A stretch of DNA of 64,000 nucleotides, from contig OZ024742.1 of assembly GCA_964016885.1 (NCBI GenBank), positions 141,422,001 through 141,486,000 on the forward strand, given 5' to 3'. This DNA comes from Eledone cirrhosa (lineage: Eukaryota). This document shows, in pieces, positions 39,571 to 54,800 of the stretch. The position numbers and the translations under genes are program-made. The stretch's first letter is position 1. Each line of letters begins with the position of its first letter. The notes under the pieces are model-generated. The model searched no databases, was not told where the DNA came from, and was given only the letters and a program-made list of their open reading frames with translations.

Positions 39571-40269
39571 ATTTGTTGGGTAGTAACCTTTAGAAGCATA
39601 ATAATAAGGAATGTTTTAACATTTTATGATTTTAATCTATTTAAAATGCTGAGTGGCACAAATTAGCAAAATGTAATTTTTATCAAACTGAAATGGAGAC
39701 AATGCGGTTCTCTTAATTATATTCTTATTAGTAAACTTTAATTTTACCTGATTAACTTTAATTAAAATAATTATGTTAAGTGTTAATTACGTAATTTTAT
39801 CAGTAACTGTGTGATGCAAAGAATAGAATTATTAACAAAATGTTCTGTTCAGTAGTAATTATTAGTAATTCTAGAAAATGCAGGCAATTTTCTGCAGTCT
39901 CTCTTTTGTGAATGTAAATCAGAAAACTACGAACTCAAACAACATATTTGGTAATTCATTAAAAAACCTTTAATGTTTTAAATGTTATTTATCAAAAATG
40001 TTCATTCAAATTGGATGAAGTGTTTTTCCTTGGTAAGAATGAAACCAACAAGTCAGGTCCCATCTCTAACCACTATCGAAAAAACTGTTTATAGTGAGGA
40101 ATGATAACTATTATCTTCATACGTTTAATTCCAATTCCGGATTTGACATATTAGGGAACCAATATATGAAGTTATCCTCAGACTGGTAACATGTTCCGAA
40201 TGCTTGAAACAGAGTAGACTTTGTTAAATCGGGTGAGAGAATATGTCTACCATCCAAGAAAAAACACAA

Positions 40270-40340
40270 TCCTGATGTGGGTATGGAGTTTAGACTGAAC
40301 AAATGCGTTAATGCAACATTCAAGAAAGGCAGAAAGACAA
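40270..40340 (+). mobile_element. Small R4-like RT fragment
   Basis: DVGMEFRLNKCVNATFKKGRK is similar to GMEFGLDKCAKATFKKEK at about 16505. Confidence 0.5.
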
Positions 40341-41488
40341 GCACAAATAGATGTGAATACAGTAATTAGGAAACCTTAGGACAAGTTCCTTCACAGTTTC
40401 CTTATATGTAATTTCACACACAAGACTTGTTTTAATCTGAGAGTATGACACAAAAAACTTGCTCGAGATGCCGTGCATTGAGAACGGAAACAGGACCACA
40501 TGGGATTGCGGATAACCTACGAGGAAAAAATAAGTCATTTTATTTTATTTTGCCTACAATAGATGCTGAGAAGCACAGAAATGAATAGACTACTTTAATA
40601 TTGCACACACACACACACGTACACACACGCACACAGACAGACAGACCCCCCCCACACACACGCGCGAATTCAAGATTTTGCATTGAGAAAAAATTGAACT
40701 GGTAAAAAGGCATTAATTCTACCATATATATTTATAATTATATAACAAAATATAAGGTAAATTTATAAAAATAATTTTAAAATATTTTATTGTACCAAAA
40801 ATACTTGTTCTTTTCATAATTGCTCAACTTCATTCGCCTCTGAATTGACACTGTGCATATCAATGATTCCATTGAAAGCTTGTTGATAACTCCTCGTAAT
40901 TTAAGATTTCTTTTTCCCAATCTCTCTATTTTTCTCTCTTTCTCTCTTTGTCCAATGAATACAGAGATATCATACATAATATGTAACAATACTGTGAAAT
41001 GATTCTAGATCAGAAATCCCGTCTCCTTGTGGTGTCGATAGATGGGTTGGTTGGAAGGATTGTGTCTACAATGTCTAAGCAGCCAGTGTACAATACGTCC
41101 ATAATATAACAGCTGAAGCTTTATTAACAGGCTTGTGTTTATTTCCACAGAAAGCAGTTCAACTGATAGACGAATCTTTATCAAGACTTTCCAGCAAATG
41201 CTAATAAGATATCCGTAAGAGCCGCTCAGATTTTCAATATCATTTTCATGCTTCAGTACTTCTCTATACTTCGAGATATAAATTAATACAGTCGATTATA
41301 TAGAATAAACTAAGCCATAGTTACACGCATGCAACTCCCACAAACGCACGCACACACATACATATACATACAATTACAAATATATACTACAAACATGCAC
41401 ATATAGGCACACATCTATTTGCCTCTGTATATTTATTCATACACACATCAATACCAATATTCGCAGATACATACTCATATGTTTACGA

Positions 41489-41560
<72 letters not shown>

Positions 41561-42239
41561 CCCCCCATACACACATATTTAGACACACAGACACCCTGTA
41601 TAACTCGCTCGCTAAACATGCACACATAATGGAAATACGCCCACAGCAGATACAATCTGTTGCGTACAAACCACTCTTAAATATATATGTACAGCAATAA
41701 TTTCCCATGGCATATCTCCATAGATTTCATGTCAACGTCATTAGAAGCTGGAGCCAAGAGGGACCTTCAAAGGGCCACTAATTAAAAATGAAGTAAAATA
41801 TATAGTATAAAAATACATCAACAAAACAACTTTTATAGAAAATTATAAAAAAAGAAAACAAAACAAAAACTCAGCAACAACACAAACAGAAAAAAACAAA
41901 CAAACAAATAATCAATTTATTTTTATTAATCAATTAATTTTTTCATTTATATTTTTTATTTATTTATTTTTATTTATTTAGTTATTTGTTTATTTATTTA
42001 TGTTATAAATTTGGAGTGAAGCAATAGGTTTTTCATGGGTTTTGTAAATCCTCTGGGTCAAGCAAGTTAATGATCCTCTTGAACAAGGACGTAGAAATAT
42101 GGCGAAAGAAGAGAGAAAAATTAAATATTTCTTGTGATAAATAAGTAATTTAAACACAATAAACAGGAAGAGAAAAAATAGATAATGAAAAGAAGAGATG
42201 AGGAAGGCAGCGGCAGGCTCTGTATCCCCGGCTAGGCAG

Positions 42240-42350
42240 TATATCTCAGTTGCGCCCCGTGAACAAGATGGCAAAAGTATTGTCGTGAAGAACAACCAGC
42301 AACACCCGCTGCATTAGCCAATCCATCTCACGGAGTTCCTTCCTCAGATG
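42240..42350 (-). mobile_element. CRE-clade 3' fragment
   Basis: Minus-strand REMDWLMQRVLLVVLHDNTFAILFTGRN* is homologous to the C-terminus at 11521-11620. Confidence 0.7.
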
Positions 42351-42844
42351 GGATGCATTTTTATCGATTTCTACGGGGGTAAAAAATTAGACTGGACGAG
42401 GGAGAGCGCGCAATATATCCAAACAGTTACGCTGCAGCCCATAAGCGATGTCATTGCATGTTAAAATGTGCAGTATGGTCCTCTGCCAGGTGGAGACATG
42501 GCATAACAAGGAAGGTGGATCTATCGCTTGAACCCCGTTTTTCGGCCGATTACCTGCGTGACATGAAGCTGGTTGGATCTAAACATCAGCCTTCCGCCGC
42601 CGACAGCAGAGTCCCTTAAGCAACAATAACAGCAACAACAATATTGTCTTTAAAAATTTGGTATGTGAAATAGCAGCCGTATATAAAACATATACAGTCA
42701 AGAATAATGCATATATGTGCTATACTCTATGTATCATTCAAGATGTTTGAACAGTAGTGTAAAGTATGATTCATTTGTGTTTGTTATAGAATTTACAGTT
42801 GTTCACAGCTGAAGTAGTTTATGAATGTGAAATGTGAAAAATAG

Positions 42845-43170
42845 ACGCAGTCTGACAGAATGGTTAAGGCGTTCACTTCGTAATATTTAGGCCCAGGGTT
42901 CACTGCGAGGCATCTTGGGCAAGTGTCATTTACCATATCGAGTTGACCCATGTCTTGTAAGGGAAATTGGGTTGATGGATACTGTTTGGAAGCCCGTCCG
43001 ATGGACTATTTCTAATTCAAATGGCCCAACTTGTCACATATTGCATCACGCTGAGTCTCCTTGAGAATCACATCAAGGGAACATGTGTCTGTAGAATTTC
43101 AGGAGTGAGTTGCTCTGTTGATAAAAAAACAACTGAAGCACTCATTGGTAAAACCGACGGAGATCCATTC
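42845..43170 (+). mobile_element. tRNA-derived SINE
   Basis: TGACAGAATGGTTAAGGCG..GGGTTCACTGCGAGGCATCTTGGGCAAGTGTC..GGAAGCCCGTC. Confidence 0.7.
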
Positions 43171-43414
43171 CATGTGAAGAATATGTGGGCGCTATTAAAG
43201 GCTATCGAAAATTGGTATTTCTCTAAAGTGTGATGGTTTTAGCTGCGTATTGTTCAAAGGTTCACAGATTGTATGGATATTTATAATTATTTAATTTTTT
43301 TTCTTTTTTATTCTTTTACCACCTGAAAGGGGACTTAGTCGATTATATCGACCCCAGTACTTATTTTATCGACCTCCTTTTGTCGAAACGCAAGCTACAG
43401 GTCTCAAACATTAA

Positions 43415-43510
<96 letters not shown>

Positions 43511-43544
43511 ATATACATTTAATGTTTGAGACCTGTAGCTTGCC

Positions 43545-44363
43545 AAACTTCACACTAAGAGTTTTTTCCTTCAAAGTAATCCCCCTGGAGTCTAATGCAC
43601 TTTTCCATCCTTTTCTGCCACGCTTGCATACACTCCTGGAAGGATTCTTCCGGGATCCTCCGCAGTTCCGTCGTCACAGCCTTTTTGATGTCGTCCACGT
43701 CTTCAAAACGGGTCCCCTCCGGGTCGTACTCAAAGATCCATGACTCATCACCGGTGATGACTGTCCCTAGCAAGTCTGGTTCGGTTTCAAGACGCTCGAG
43801 GATGTCTTGGCACACTTGCATGCGTCGACCCTTCTGGTCATCGTTCAGCAGTTTTGGCACCATCTTCGCGCAGACTTTCCGCATGTCCAAATCTTCAGTG
43901 AGAATCTTCCTGACGCTGTCTCGATTCATGCCCAGCTCATTTGCCATCAGTCGAACAGTCAGCCGACGATCCTGGTTGTTGAGGGCCTTCCGCCCCTGGG
44001 GTCAACTTCCAGTCCTCGCGTCCTTCTTTAAACCTCTTGCACCACTCAAAAACACGTGAGCGTTACATCATCTCATGTCTATACACTTGCTGCAGCAATC
44101 CCAGTGCTTCTAACGTAGTTTTCCCCAACCGTACCAGAAACTTCAAGTTAGTTCGTTGCTCTGTGCTCATTGCTTGACGACCTGAAACAGAGGACATGTA
44201 TATAAAATTATGAATAAAAAAGTTTGATCGCTGCAGAGAGCTAAGATTACAGTTACATACTCCAGGGGCTTTACTTTGAAGGAGAAAACTCTTAGTGTGA
44301 AGTTTAGGTTTGAAATAAATCTTTTGTGACATCAGTCCTGGAACTTTTCTGACACAACTCGTA
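43545..44363 (-). mobile_element. Mariner transposon, internally deleted, left TIR truncated
   Basis: MSTEQRTNLKFLVRLGK HTH, DRRLTVR, KVCAKMVPKLL and VITGDESWIFEYDPE fused directly to GTRFEDV..QGDYFEG, so the catalytic core is deleted. The right end reads TA-CGAGTTGTGTCAGAAAAGTTCC, and the inner TIR segment AAACTTCACACTAAGAGTTTT is present at both ends. Confidence 0.93.
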
Positions 44364-44559
44364 TATATCCGAAGAGGGCAACGTCTTCACAAACCAAAGT
44401 ATCGTCTTCCTGTTTTCCTTCGGTTGCAACGGTTTTCGAAATATATACTTCTGCGTTCACAGATTGTTTTTTTTTGTTTTAGTTTCAGAAGCTCCCGTTA
44501 AGAGTGAAAGCGACGATTCTTTGCTTAAACTTTAATTTGTTATTTTAAGAAATATATAT

Positions 44560-46315
44560 ATATATATATATAAAAAATTTCAGGTTATCAATAATGTAGT
44601 GATAATATATCGTCACGTTAGAGATGAACAGCGTACGTGTAGGTTTGCTCAACGAGTATAAATTATATTCCGGAGAAAATGTAGAAAAGAGGAATATAAA
44701 ATGAAAGTGCTTTTATAGAGGAATTTATTAGATATTGACATATGTTTCTGTAACAGACGGAATACCTATGTATCGCTGCTTGCGTAATCATATAATGTTA
44801 GCAAGTATTCGATAGCAAATGTATAATCAGTTGTCACTTCTTCAGAGATATTGGATAAATTGGAAAAAATCAGAAAAATTGAAGTATTTATATTAGTTGT
44901 AATAAAGGAAGAAGAGAGGGGATAGTATATTCAATAGCAATTCAATTTACTGGTAAACAAATATATAAAGGGTTTCTAATGAGAATACAATGAGTATATG
45001 GTTTATTTTATCTAAATAAGAATTTTTGGGAGTGCCTGTTTTAATCTATACTTGACCAATTGAACAATGGACAGGGCTGGTCGTTTGGTGTAGTAGTATT
45101 AATTATAAAGTGTCAATTAAGGAAGAGGGAGATTTTCACTGCTACTGAATAACAACAATGCTGGTAGCCTGCTGGTATATGCATTAGGGAATTAAATTAA
45201 GAAATCTCATTTTATCTATAGCAGTTTATATTAAATGGTAAAGAATAGAAGAGTTGATAGAATTAAGACTAATAGAGAATGTTAATATGTATTTTGACAA
45301 TCAAGCGGAGATGGAGACAGGCGTTCAATCCTGGTAGTGTTTGTAATATGAAAATGTAGATTTTAAGCGATGGTTACAGTATAACGATCGCTCTATTTTG
45401 TTATTTAATAAAATATTTTTGGATTTCATAATACAAAATAATTCCATATTACACAATTTACAAAATTCTTGTCCGTGGGATATGGAGGGGCAGTCGCTTT
45501 ATATCCCATTTTAGGTTAAATTGTCGGTTATTTTCGCGCAGCTGCCTAGCCTTGTCTACGAGTGTTGTTACATAACGCTGGTTTTCATGTTTTATCGAGT
45601 AACGATGTCTATAAAGGCGAGATTTGAAGGAGGTGGCTGTAGACCCCACATAGTACCACTTCTGGCTATCCGATTCGATAGTACATTTGTATATGATGTT
45701 GCGTTCAAGACACTGATTGTTCAACGGACACATTCCTGGTTGGACACAGTTACAGTTATAATTTTGCGTTGTTGTATTGGCATGGATGGGTTGATGAGGT
45801 TGCTTAGGTAGGATGGGATGTTTTTTGTTGTTTTGTGATGTTATAGCTGATGTTTTACGTGTATTGTTATGTGTTGGAAGGCGTTTATACAACCGTTGTA
45901 TAAACGCTGTTTATACAACGGCTGTATATACCGTTGTTTATTGTATATAGATTAAAACAGGCACTCCCAAAAATTCTTATTTAGATAAAATAAACCATAT
46001 ACTCATTGTATTCTCATTAGAAACCCTTTATATATTTGTTTACCAGTAAATTGAATTGCCATCTGTCATATACTATCCCCTCTCTTCTTCCTTTATTACA
46101 ACTAATATAAATACTTCAATTTTTCTGATATTTTCCAATTTATCCAATATCTCTGAAGAAGTGACAACTGATTATACATTTGCTATCGAATACTTGCTAA
46201 CATTATATGATTACGCAAGCAGCGATACATAGGTATTCCGTCTGTTACAGAAACATATGTCAATACCTAATAAATTCCTTTTAAAAAAAAAGCACTTTCA
46301 TTTTATATTCATCTT
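44560..46315 (-). mobile_element. 5'-truncated Penelope-like element with inverted pseudo-LTR
   Basis: ORF 45458-45892: CNCVQPGMCPLNNQCLERNIIYKC..YYVGSTATSFKSRLYRH. Segments at about 44697-45050 and 45947-46310 are ~350-bp inverted repeats. Confidence 0.88.
46146..46268 (+). ncRNA. Hammerhead-like motif with long stem II and weak stem I (inverted copy at 44730-44852)
   Basis: CTGAAGA (46153-46159), stem II GTGACA/TGTTAC enclosing ~75 nt, GAAA, palindromic ACATATGT, GTC. Stem I has only about 4-5 bp with a bulge. Confidence 0.55.
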
Positions 46316-46899
46316 TTATATATATATAGGAAAAATAGGGTTTGAAAAATGCAAAGACTGACCTATGACAGTTCACCGTTAACAAACCATAAAGATCCCT
46401 CTAAGCCAACATATAGAGAAATATGGAGGACGAATTCTGCCAAATTTCGATGACTTCCCATTCTACCAGTGGAATGAAAATTTCACCCAAGAAAAACGTA
46501 TTAATAAGGAAAGATTTTCCATCAGTAATTTCCAACCTAAACTCAATGTTTTGCGCAGTTAAACCATTTTTATTTAAAAAAAAGAAAAGTCTGAATTATG
46601 GCACTTGTAATGAACCATATTCTCCCCGATATTAGCGACAAAAATAAAACCAGTTGCGTCCCTTGTGTTCAAGAGGTGCATAAGCGACTAACCACGTGAG
46701 ATAAACATAAACGAAAATATTTTTTTGAGCGACTCTAACGAACATCGTTTTGTAAACTCAGCTGAAACCAGTAAAAGTAAACAAAAATGTACAAATAATC
46801 ATCAAATTAGTTGGCACATGAATACAGAAACCTTCTAAACCCTAGTTTGCCTATAACACAATTGGTAAAGACCCACCTTTAATTTTTTCACTATATATC

Positions 46900-47005
46900 T
46901 TGTGTGTATATATATATATATATATATGTTATGTTTATATATATATATATATGTTATGTTTATATATATATATATATGTTATGTTTATATATATATATAT
47001 GTTAT

Positions 47006-47044
<39 letters not shown>

Positions 47045-47113
47045 ATGTTTATATATATATATATAATTTTTATATATATATATATATTATTTTTATATAT
47101 ATATATATATAAT

Positions 47114-47158
<45 letters not shown>

Positions 47159-47273
47159 GTTTATATATATATATATATAATGTTTATATATATATATATA
47201 TTATGTTTATATATATATATATATTATGTTTATATATATATATATATTATGTTTATATATATATATATATTAT

Positions 47274-47330
<57 letters not shown>

Positions 47331-47413
47331 GTTTATATATATATATATATATATAATGTTTATATATATATATATATATATAATGTTTATATATATATAT
47401 ATATATATATTAT

Positions 47414-47466
<53 letters not shown>

Positions 47467-47469
47467 ATG

Positions 47470-47500
<31 letters not shown>
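46900..47500. repeat. (TA)n tract interrupted by TGTT units
   Basis: Read directly from the sequence. Confidence 0.95.
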
Positions 47501-47504
<4 letters not shown>

Positions 47505-47602
47505 AATGGCTTGATACGTGGTTGCACATGGGTTACATATGAATAAAATTAGTCCCTCATCAGTGATCTTCCAACCTTCATTGGTATTTCTTCACTTTAA
47601 AG

Positions 47603-48082
47603 ATACCTCTGGTTGGTGCGAGCAATAACTAAAGAAAGTTATTGGGACACGTAAAATAGGGTGAAGCGAGCGAGACATGTAAACAAACATAGATGGAAAT
47701 GCAACGGAAAGAGAGGAAGAGAAGAGACAAGTCCGTGATATCTATGAACTTAACCTCGGTGAAATCATAGACGAGAGGTAAAGACCATCCGACCTGGGCG
47801 AGATGTGAGCGAGAAAAGGATTTCACACAGGTCAAACGGGAGGAAGTGAGAGACGGGGAGAAGCAGAGAGTGAGTGAGTGAAAGGGTGAGGAAGAGGCCA
47901 GCTGAGGGAGAGTGACTGGCTATACCTCTGGTTGGTGCGAGCAATGACTGAAAAAAAAAAAATTATTGGGACACGTAAAATAGGGTGAAGCGAGCGAGAC
48001 ATGTAAACAAACATAGATGGTAATGCAACGGAAAGATAGGAAGAGAAGAGACAAGTCCGTGATATATGTGAACTTAAGCTCG
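47603..48082. repeat. Direct repeat of ~160 bp with ~320-bp period, pseudo-LTR-like, between TA tracts
   Basis: ATACCTCTGGTTGGTGCGAGCAAT..AACTTAA occurs at about 47603 and 47922. Confidence 0.8.
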
Positions 48083-48183
48083 ATATATATATATACACAT
48101 ATATATATATTTATATATATATATGTTATGTTTATATATATATACATATATATATATATTTATATATATATATGTTATGTTTA

Positions 48184-48229
<46 letters not shown>

Positions 48230-48230
<1 letters not shown>

Positions 48231-48650
48231 GTTTCTACTTTAGGCACAAGGCCAGCAATTACCCAGTGCATTACTGGTACTTTATTTTATCGACCCCGTA
48301 AGGATGAAAGGCAAAGTCAACCTCGGCGGGATATATATATATATATAATGTGTGTGTGTGTGTGTATCTGTGTGAAGGAGCATGGCTTAGTGGTTAGAGC
48401 ATTGAGCTTGAAATTGGGAGGTTGAGTTCGTTTCTCGGAGGGGAACCATTTAGGTGCATATCCTATGCTCATTCGTGACCGAAGGGGTTTTTACCGTCTA
48501 CCCTATATATATATATATATATACACCACGTCTACCACATGCACCTAAAAGGTACTGGTCAACTCAAGGCGTCACGATGTGGGACTGAATTTGGAATCTC
48601 GTGGTTGCAAAGTGAACTACTTATCCACACAGCCATGCTTGCACCTATAA
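48230..48650. mobile_element. Cluster of SINE fragments
   Basis: 48238-48330 is nearly identical to 26884-26975. tRNA-like heads occur at 48377 (plus) and about 48560-48647 (minus). Confidence 0.7.
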
Positions 48651-50185
48651 TATGCATAGTTTTGGCAATGAAGTACATTGAATATAGAACATATTTGAGA
48701 TCTACGAAGCCAACTTAGCCTTTCATCCTTTCAAAGCCGCTAAATGAAGTGCCAGTCAAGCACTGGGGTAATATATCTCTCCCCTCTCTCTTTCGGATTC
48801 AGCTATGGGAAGGGGTAAAAAAAGAATCGTTCACATAGCGTCTCTTTTCACCACCCTAGAAATAAAGAAAGGGAAGTGAAATTGTATCAATCGAAAACCG
48901 AATCGGTTTTAACTCACCAAGAGTTTTATGATGATAGTAAATATTAGTAGAAAAACTATAATAGTTTTCCTTTCTGGTTAACAAAATGATACGATAACTG
49001 AAACTAGACAGACCGTATCTATAATATGTTCAATTAAATAGACGAATTGAAATATATTCCCGAAGCTTTATCTATACTTGCAGAAAATGTAAATTAACCG
49101 GACCAGTTTGATTCAGATTGAATGAACGCAAGATTTATGGTTTGGTATTGTTTAATAAACCAGGAATTTAATTTCTAGTTTATATTCTTTTTAACCCATA
49201 ATTGAAGTCGTAAAGTTAATCACAATGTTTCAAAAATAGCTGATGTGTTAGTAATGAAGTACATTTACCATGTTTCACTCATTTGATCTCGTAATTTCGA
49301 TATTTAACAAGAAATCCTTTCTATACTTCAATGTAACTATTTTGATGTAATAGCAACTATATTTCGCTATTTCCTTAATCATCTCATTCGGATAGTTCAA
49401 GGTTTTCAACCCATGACTTTAGATGTAGAGCCATCATTAAAATACGTAGTTGTCTAGTTTGTTAAATATAACAGCTAAATCTCCAACAGATCATACCTAA
49501 AAGATTGAATACATTAGGAATGATGCATTAGATAATTAATAAAAACCCAGAATATCCCGGATACAGGATTTTGTAGACAAGTATAGTCTTTAATAGGAAA
49601 GAGCCATAACATAGTTCTGGATACATCGTCTGAAAGAAAATACGGAATGCTCAGCTAAGGGTTAACCTTGCGCCGGACTGATGTTCTGATTAGGTTAAAT
49701 CTTGTATTCTCAATCATTTAAGCCGGGTTGAGTTACAGTCAGATGAACTTTTAGGCTTGGAATAGACTTTAAATGCTGGGTCAAAATAGGAAGTACGAGT
49801 AAACCTCCTTTCCACGAAAGAACCATCTTGACAGGAGGTGAAATTTGTTTGTTCTGTATGGTTCCGAAAGTTTACATTCGAAAATTCAACAGAGTTGAGC
49901 TTTAAATATCTTCAATGTATCACCTACAATACAACTTCCTACAAACATTAATATTTTAATTCAAGATAACTAACAAGATAGCATTTAATTCGAGATAACT
50001 AATAAAGTCGTATAGAGTATCATAAAATTATAGTTTCTGCAATAAATGCATATCTGCACAGTATAGTTGATTCAATTCCATTGCGCGGCTTTTTTTTGGC
50101 CAACAGCCTCGGGTTTGCCAACACTTTGAGTGTGAAATTTCACCAACTTAAACTATGCGATTGTTCATCAAATATCTATCTATCT

Positions 50186-51822
<1,637 letters not shown>

Positions 51823-54800
51823 TTGCCTGACGCGTGGAACATGTTGGTAAGCTTTTTTGTTAATTTCTATGCAAAAAAACCGAACTAATCGTTTGAAAAA
51901 ACATATCATTTTGTAGATTAACCCCCAAGCTGAATTGTCAGATGGGTGGTAATCCCCTTTTTCGCCCCTTTAGGGGCGAAAATTTAATTTAAAAATTGTT
52001 TTAAAATATCAAATTTTACCAACTATAAAACCTGAATAGCTCGGAAAGAACGCTAGAGAACGTCGACAGAGAGAAGAGAGGTAGAGAGGCAGATATTAAC
52101 GTTATATCTACTTCTGCTACTATGGACGTCGCCATAGATACGACTGTCAACAAAGAGAAAAAATTATTACCACTTGAAGATTTTAAAATTTCTACCATCG
52201 AAGCGGAGAAAAATAACAATAGCACACAGGAAAACACAGGAATTAAACCTATTAACATACATACACATGAAAAAGACAACAACAACAACTTCATAGATAC
52301 ATCTACACATAAAGTTTCACCTCGTCAAGAAATTTAGATTTCCAAACCGAGGCTAACAACGATAACAAAAACAACAACAACAGCAACACCACACACAAAA
52401 AAAAAATGTCTTTCGCTGAAACAGTGAACAAAAAACAAGATTTTATAAATCTTGACATCTCCAATGCAAGAGATATGCCCCAGCAAGGGAGAACATTTGT
52501 AACTTTCGAAGACAAGGGTGGGTTTAGAATTAACTCACCCCTCGAAATAAAAGAAGAGACAGTTCGAAGGACAGTGACTTTTAAGACTGTCTCCAACACA
52601 ACGAGAAAGCCAATATTTGTTAGTCAAGGAGATATAGAAGCCACCTTCAAGGAGACTCTAGCAAATATTGACTTTCTCCAACGAGGAAAACAGTACGGAA
52701 GTGTTTCCGTACTGTTTAAAAGCGAGGCACTCGCCCCAAAACATTCTGTGACACCAATGGTGTCAAAAGCATTCACCTTTTTTCCCTACGTACATGGGAA
52801 AAAGGACACGAAAAATAAAAATAAAAAATATACCACCAAACATTAACATCTGGTGGATCTTGGCTGGCTTCGTAGAACCAGAGACTGATATGATTCTTTC
52901 GATACCAAAGACTATTAGACAAAGGTGGGCGGGTACTGATTTGGAGATTCTGTTTCAAATGAGGCCGGAGAGAATCTCCAAAATACCCGAAAAGGTCGTC
53001 ATCGACGACAACAACAAAATAAACATTTCGGTGGAGGGTCGTAACTTCATTGTTTTCGCTGTGGTAGCACAGCACACCTAAAGGCCTCCTGTCCTTCACA
53101 AACACACCACAACAACATCATTAAAAAAATACTATTACCAACACCAACACCAAAACAACCACCACCATAAGTACAACAACAGACGAAACGAGCAAATGCA
53201 CTCAAACAAACAGCCACTCAACCACCAACAACAGAAAAAACACAGACAACACCCCTGAAGAACATAACCCCACCCCATCCCACTCAATCAAACACTACCA
53301 CAAACACACACACCGAAACACCACCACCACACAACATACCCCTACCCCACACTCCTGACGATGATTATTCACCGACAGATGAGGCTGCTTCTCCTTCTTT
53401 AAGTGAAGAAGAAGGAGGGCCTCGGAAATCTAAAAAAACAAAAAAAAGAGACACCACAAAACGCCCAAAACTTCAATCACCAACACCAACACACAACCAC
53501 AGACACAAACAACAACACAAACAACACCACAGTCAAACATCCCCCTACCAGCAAAACCAACACCAACACCACCCCAGACACAAGCAACCACCATAAAAAG
53601 AAAACTCCCGGACGAACAACAAACTAAAACACGCAACAAAAACACGAACAACAATATGCATACATCAACACAAACAACAAGAGTTTAATGGAGGTCATCT
53701 CCCAAAACCCCAAGGTGGAGACGGAGGGCAAAACTTTCGTCAAAGCAGATTCGTCTCCACACCTAAAACTAATAAGGGTTTCGATAGAAACCTACCAGAA
53801 ATTGAAAGAACAATTTTCGCAGGATGTTGGCAACCCCTGTCAAAAACCTATTAACCGCGTCTTATTAAAATATTTCCCCACCTCACCCAACACCCCCACC
53901 AGAACTGAAATGGAGATTGAACAACCCGATCTCCAGGAAACGAAAAGGTAAGTGCACATTTTCGTTCTTTTCGCCAACTCTTCTCCACCAAAATGGCTAG
54001 TTTAGGGGTTGGAAGCGTGAATGTGCGTAGCCTAGGGATGCCCTGGAAACAGGGCCAACTTTTAAACGACCTTAGGTCACACGGTATGGATGTGATAGCC
54101 ATCACCGAGTCCAGGATCCACAGCAGACAGCAACTAACCTTCATCTTCGACGACTTTGAGATCTACGCATCTCTCTGTCAGCCAGGAGGTGGAGGGGGAG
54201 TGGCTGTCATGTTTCGGAAGAACCTGGACGTCGAAGTACAGCAAGTACACTTGGACCAGGAGGGTAGACTGGTAGTCCTAGACGTGAACAGTATTGGAAG
54301 TGGAGCCTTCAGACTGGTGGCCGTTTATGCCCCGACCGGGTAATCGCAATCACGGCTAGACTTCTTTAAGCGTCTAGAGTCTTTTCTAGGAACATCTCGC
54401 TCCTTACTTTTAGTGGGGGACTGGAATGGTATCCGAGATGCACGATGGGACTATGTGGGAGCATGTCCCAGTAGAGGGGGGTGCAACAGCCTCAAAACTT
54501 TAATCGGCCAATTCCAACTGGCCGATAGGTATCGACTGGATTTCCCGACTGCACCACAGTGGACGTGGGAAAACCGCAGCGGGATATCTAGATTGTATTT
54601 AGATAGGTTCTTCATTAGAGAAAGGGACAAGATGTTAAGCTGTCCACGAATCCACATGGTTACTTACTCAGATCACAAATTAGTCGTCTGATTAGTCAAC
54701 CGTGATAGAATACATAGACAGGGACCCGGATACTGGAAGCTGAACGTGTTGTTGCCGGCACGTAAAGCTTACAGTGATAAGTAGACTAGTCAAGCAACGG

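Noticed and set aside
47545-47572. CTGATGAG on the minus strand as a hammerhead
   Set aside because: There is no matching stem II partner or GAAA/stem III downstream; at most a truncated half.
51823-51920. Spliced-leader RNA interpretation of the short exon, GTAAG and U-rich motif
   Set aside because: The leader differs between A2 and A3, and the U-rich motif ends in TAG like an acceptor. A cis-intron is the simpler reading.
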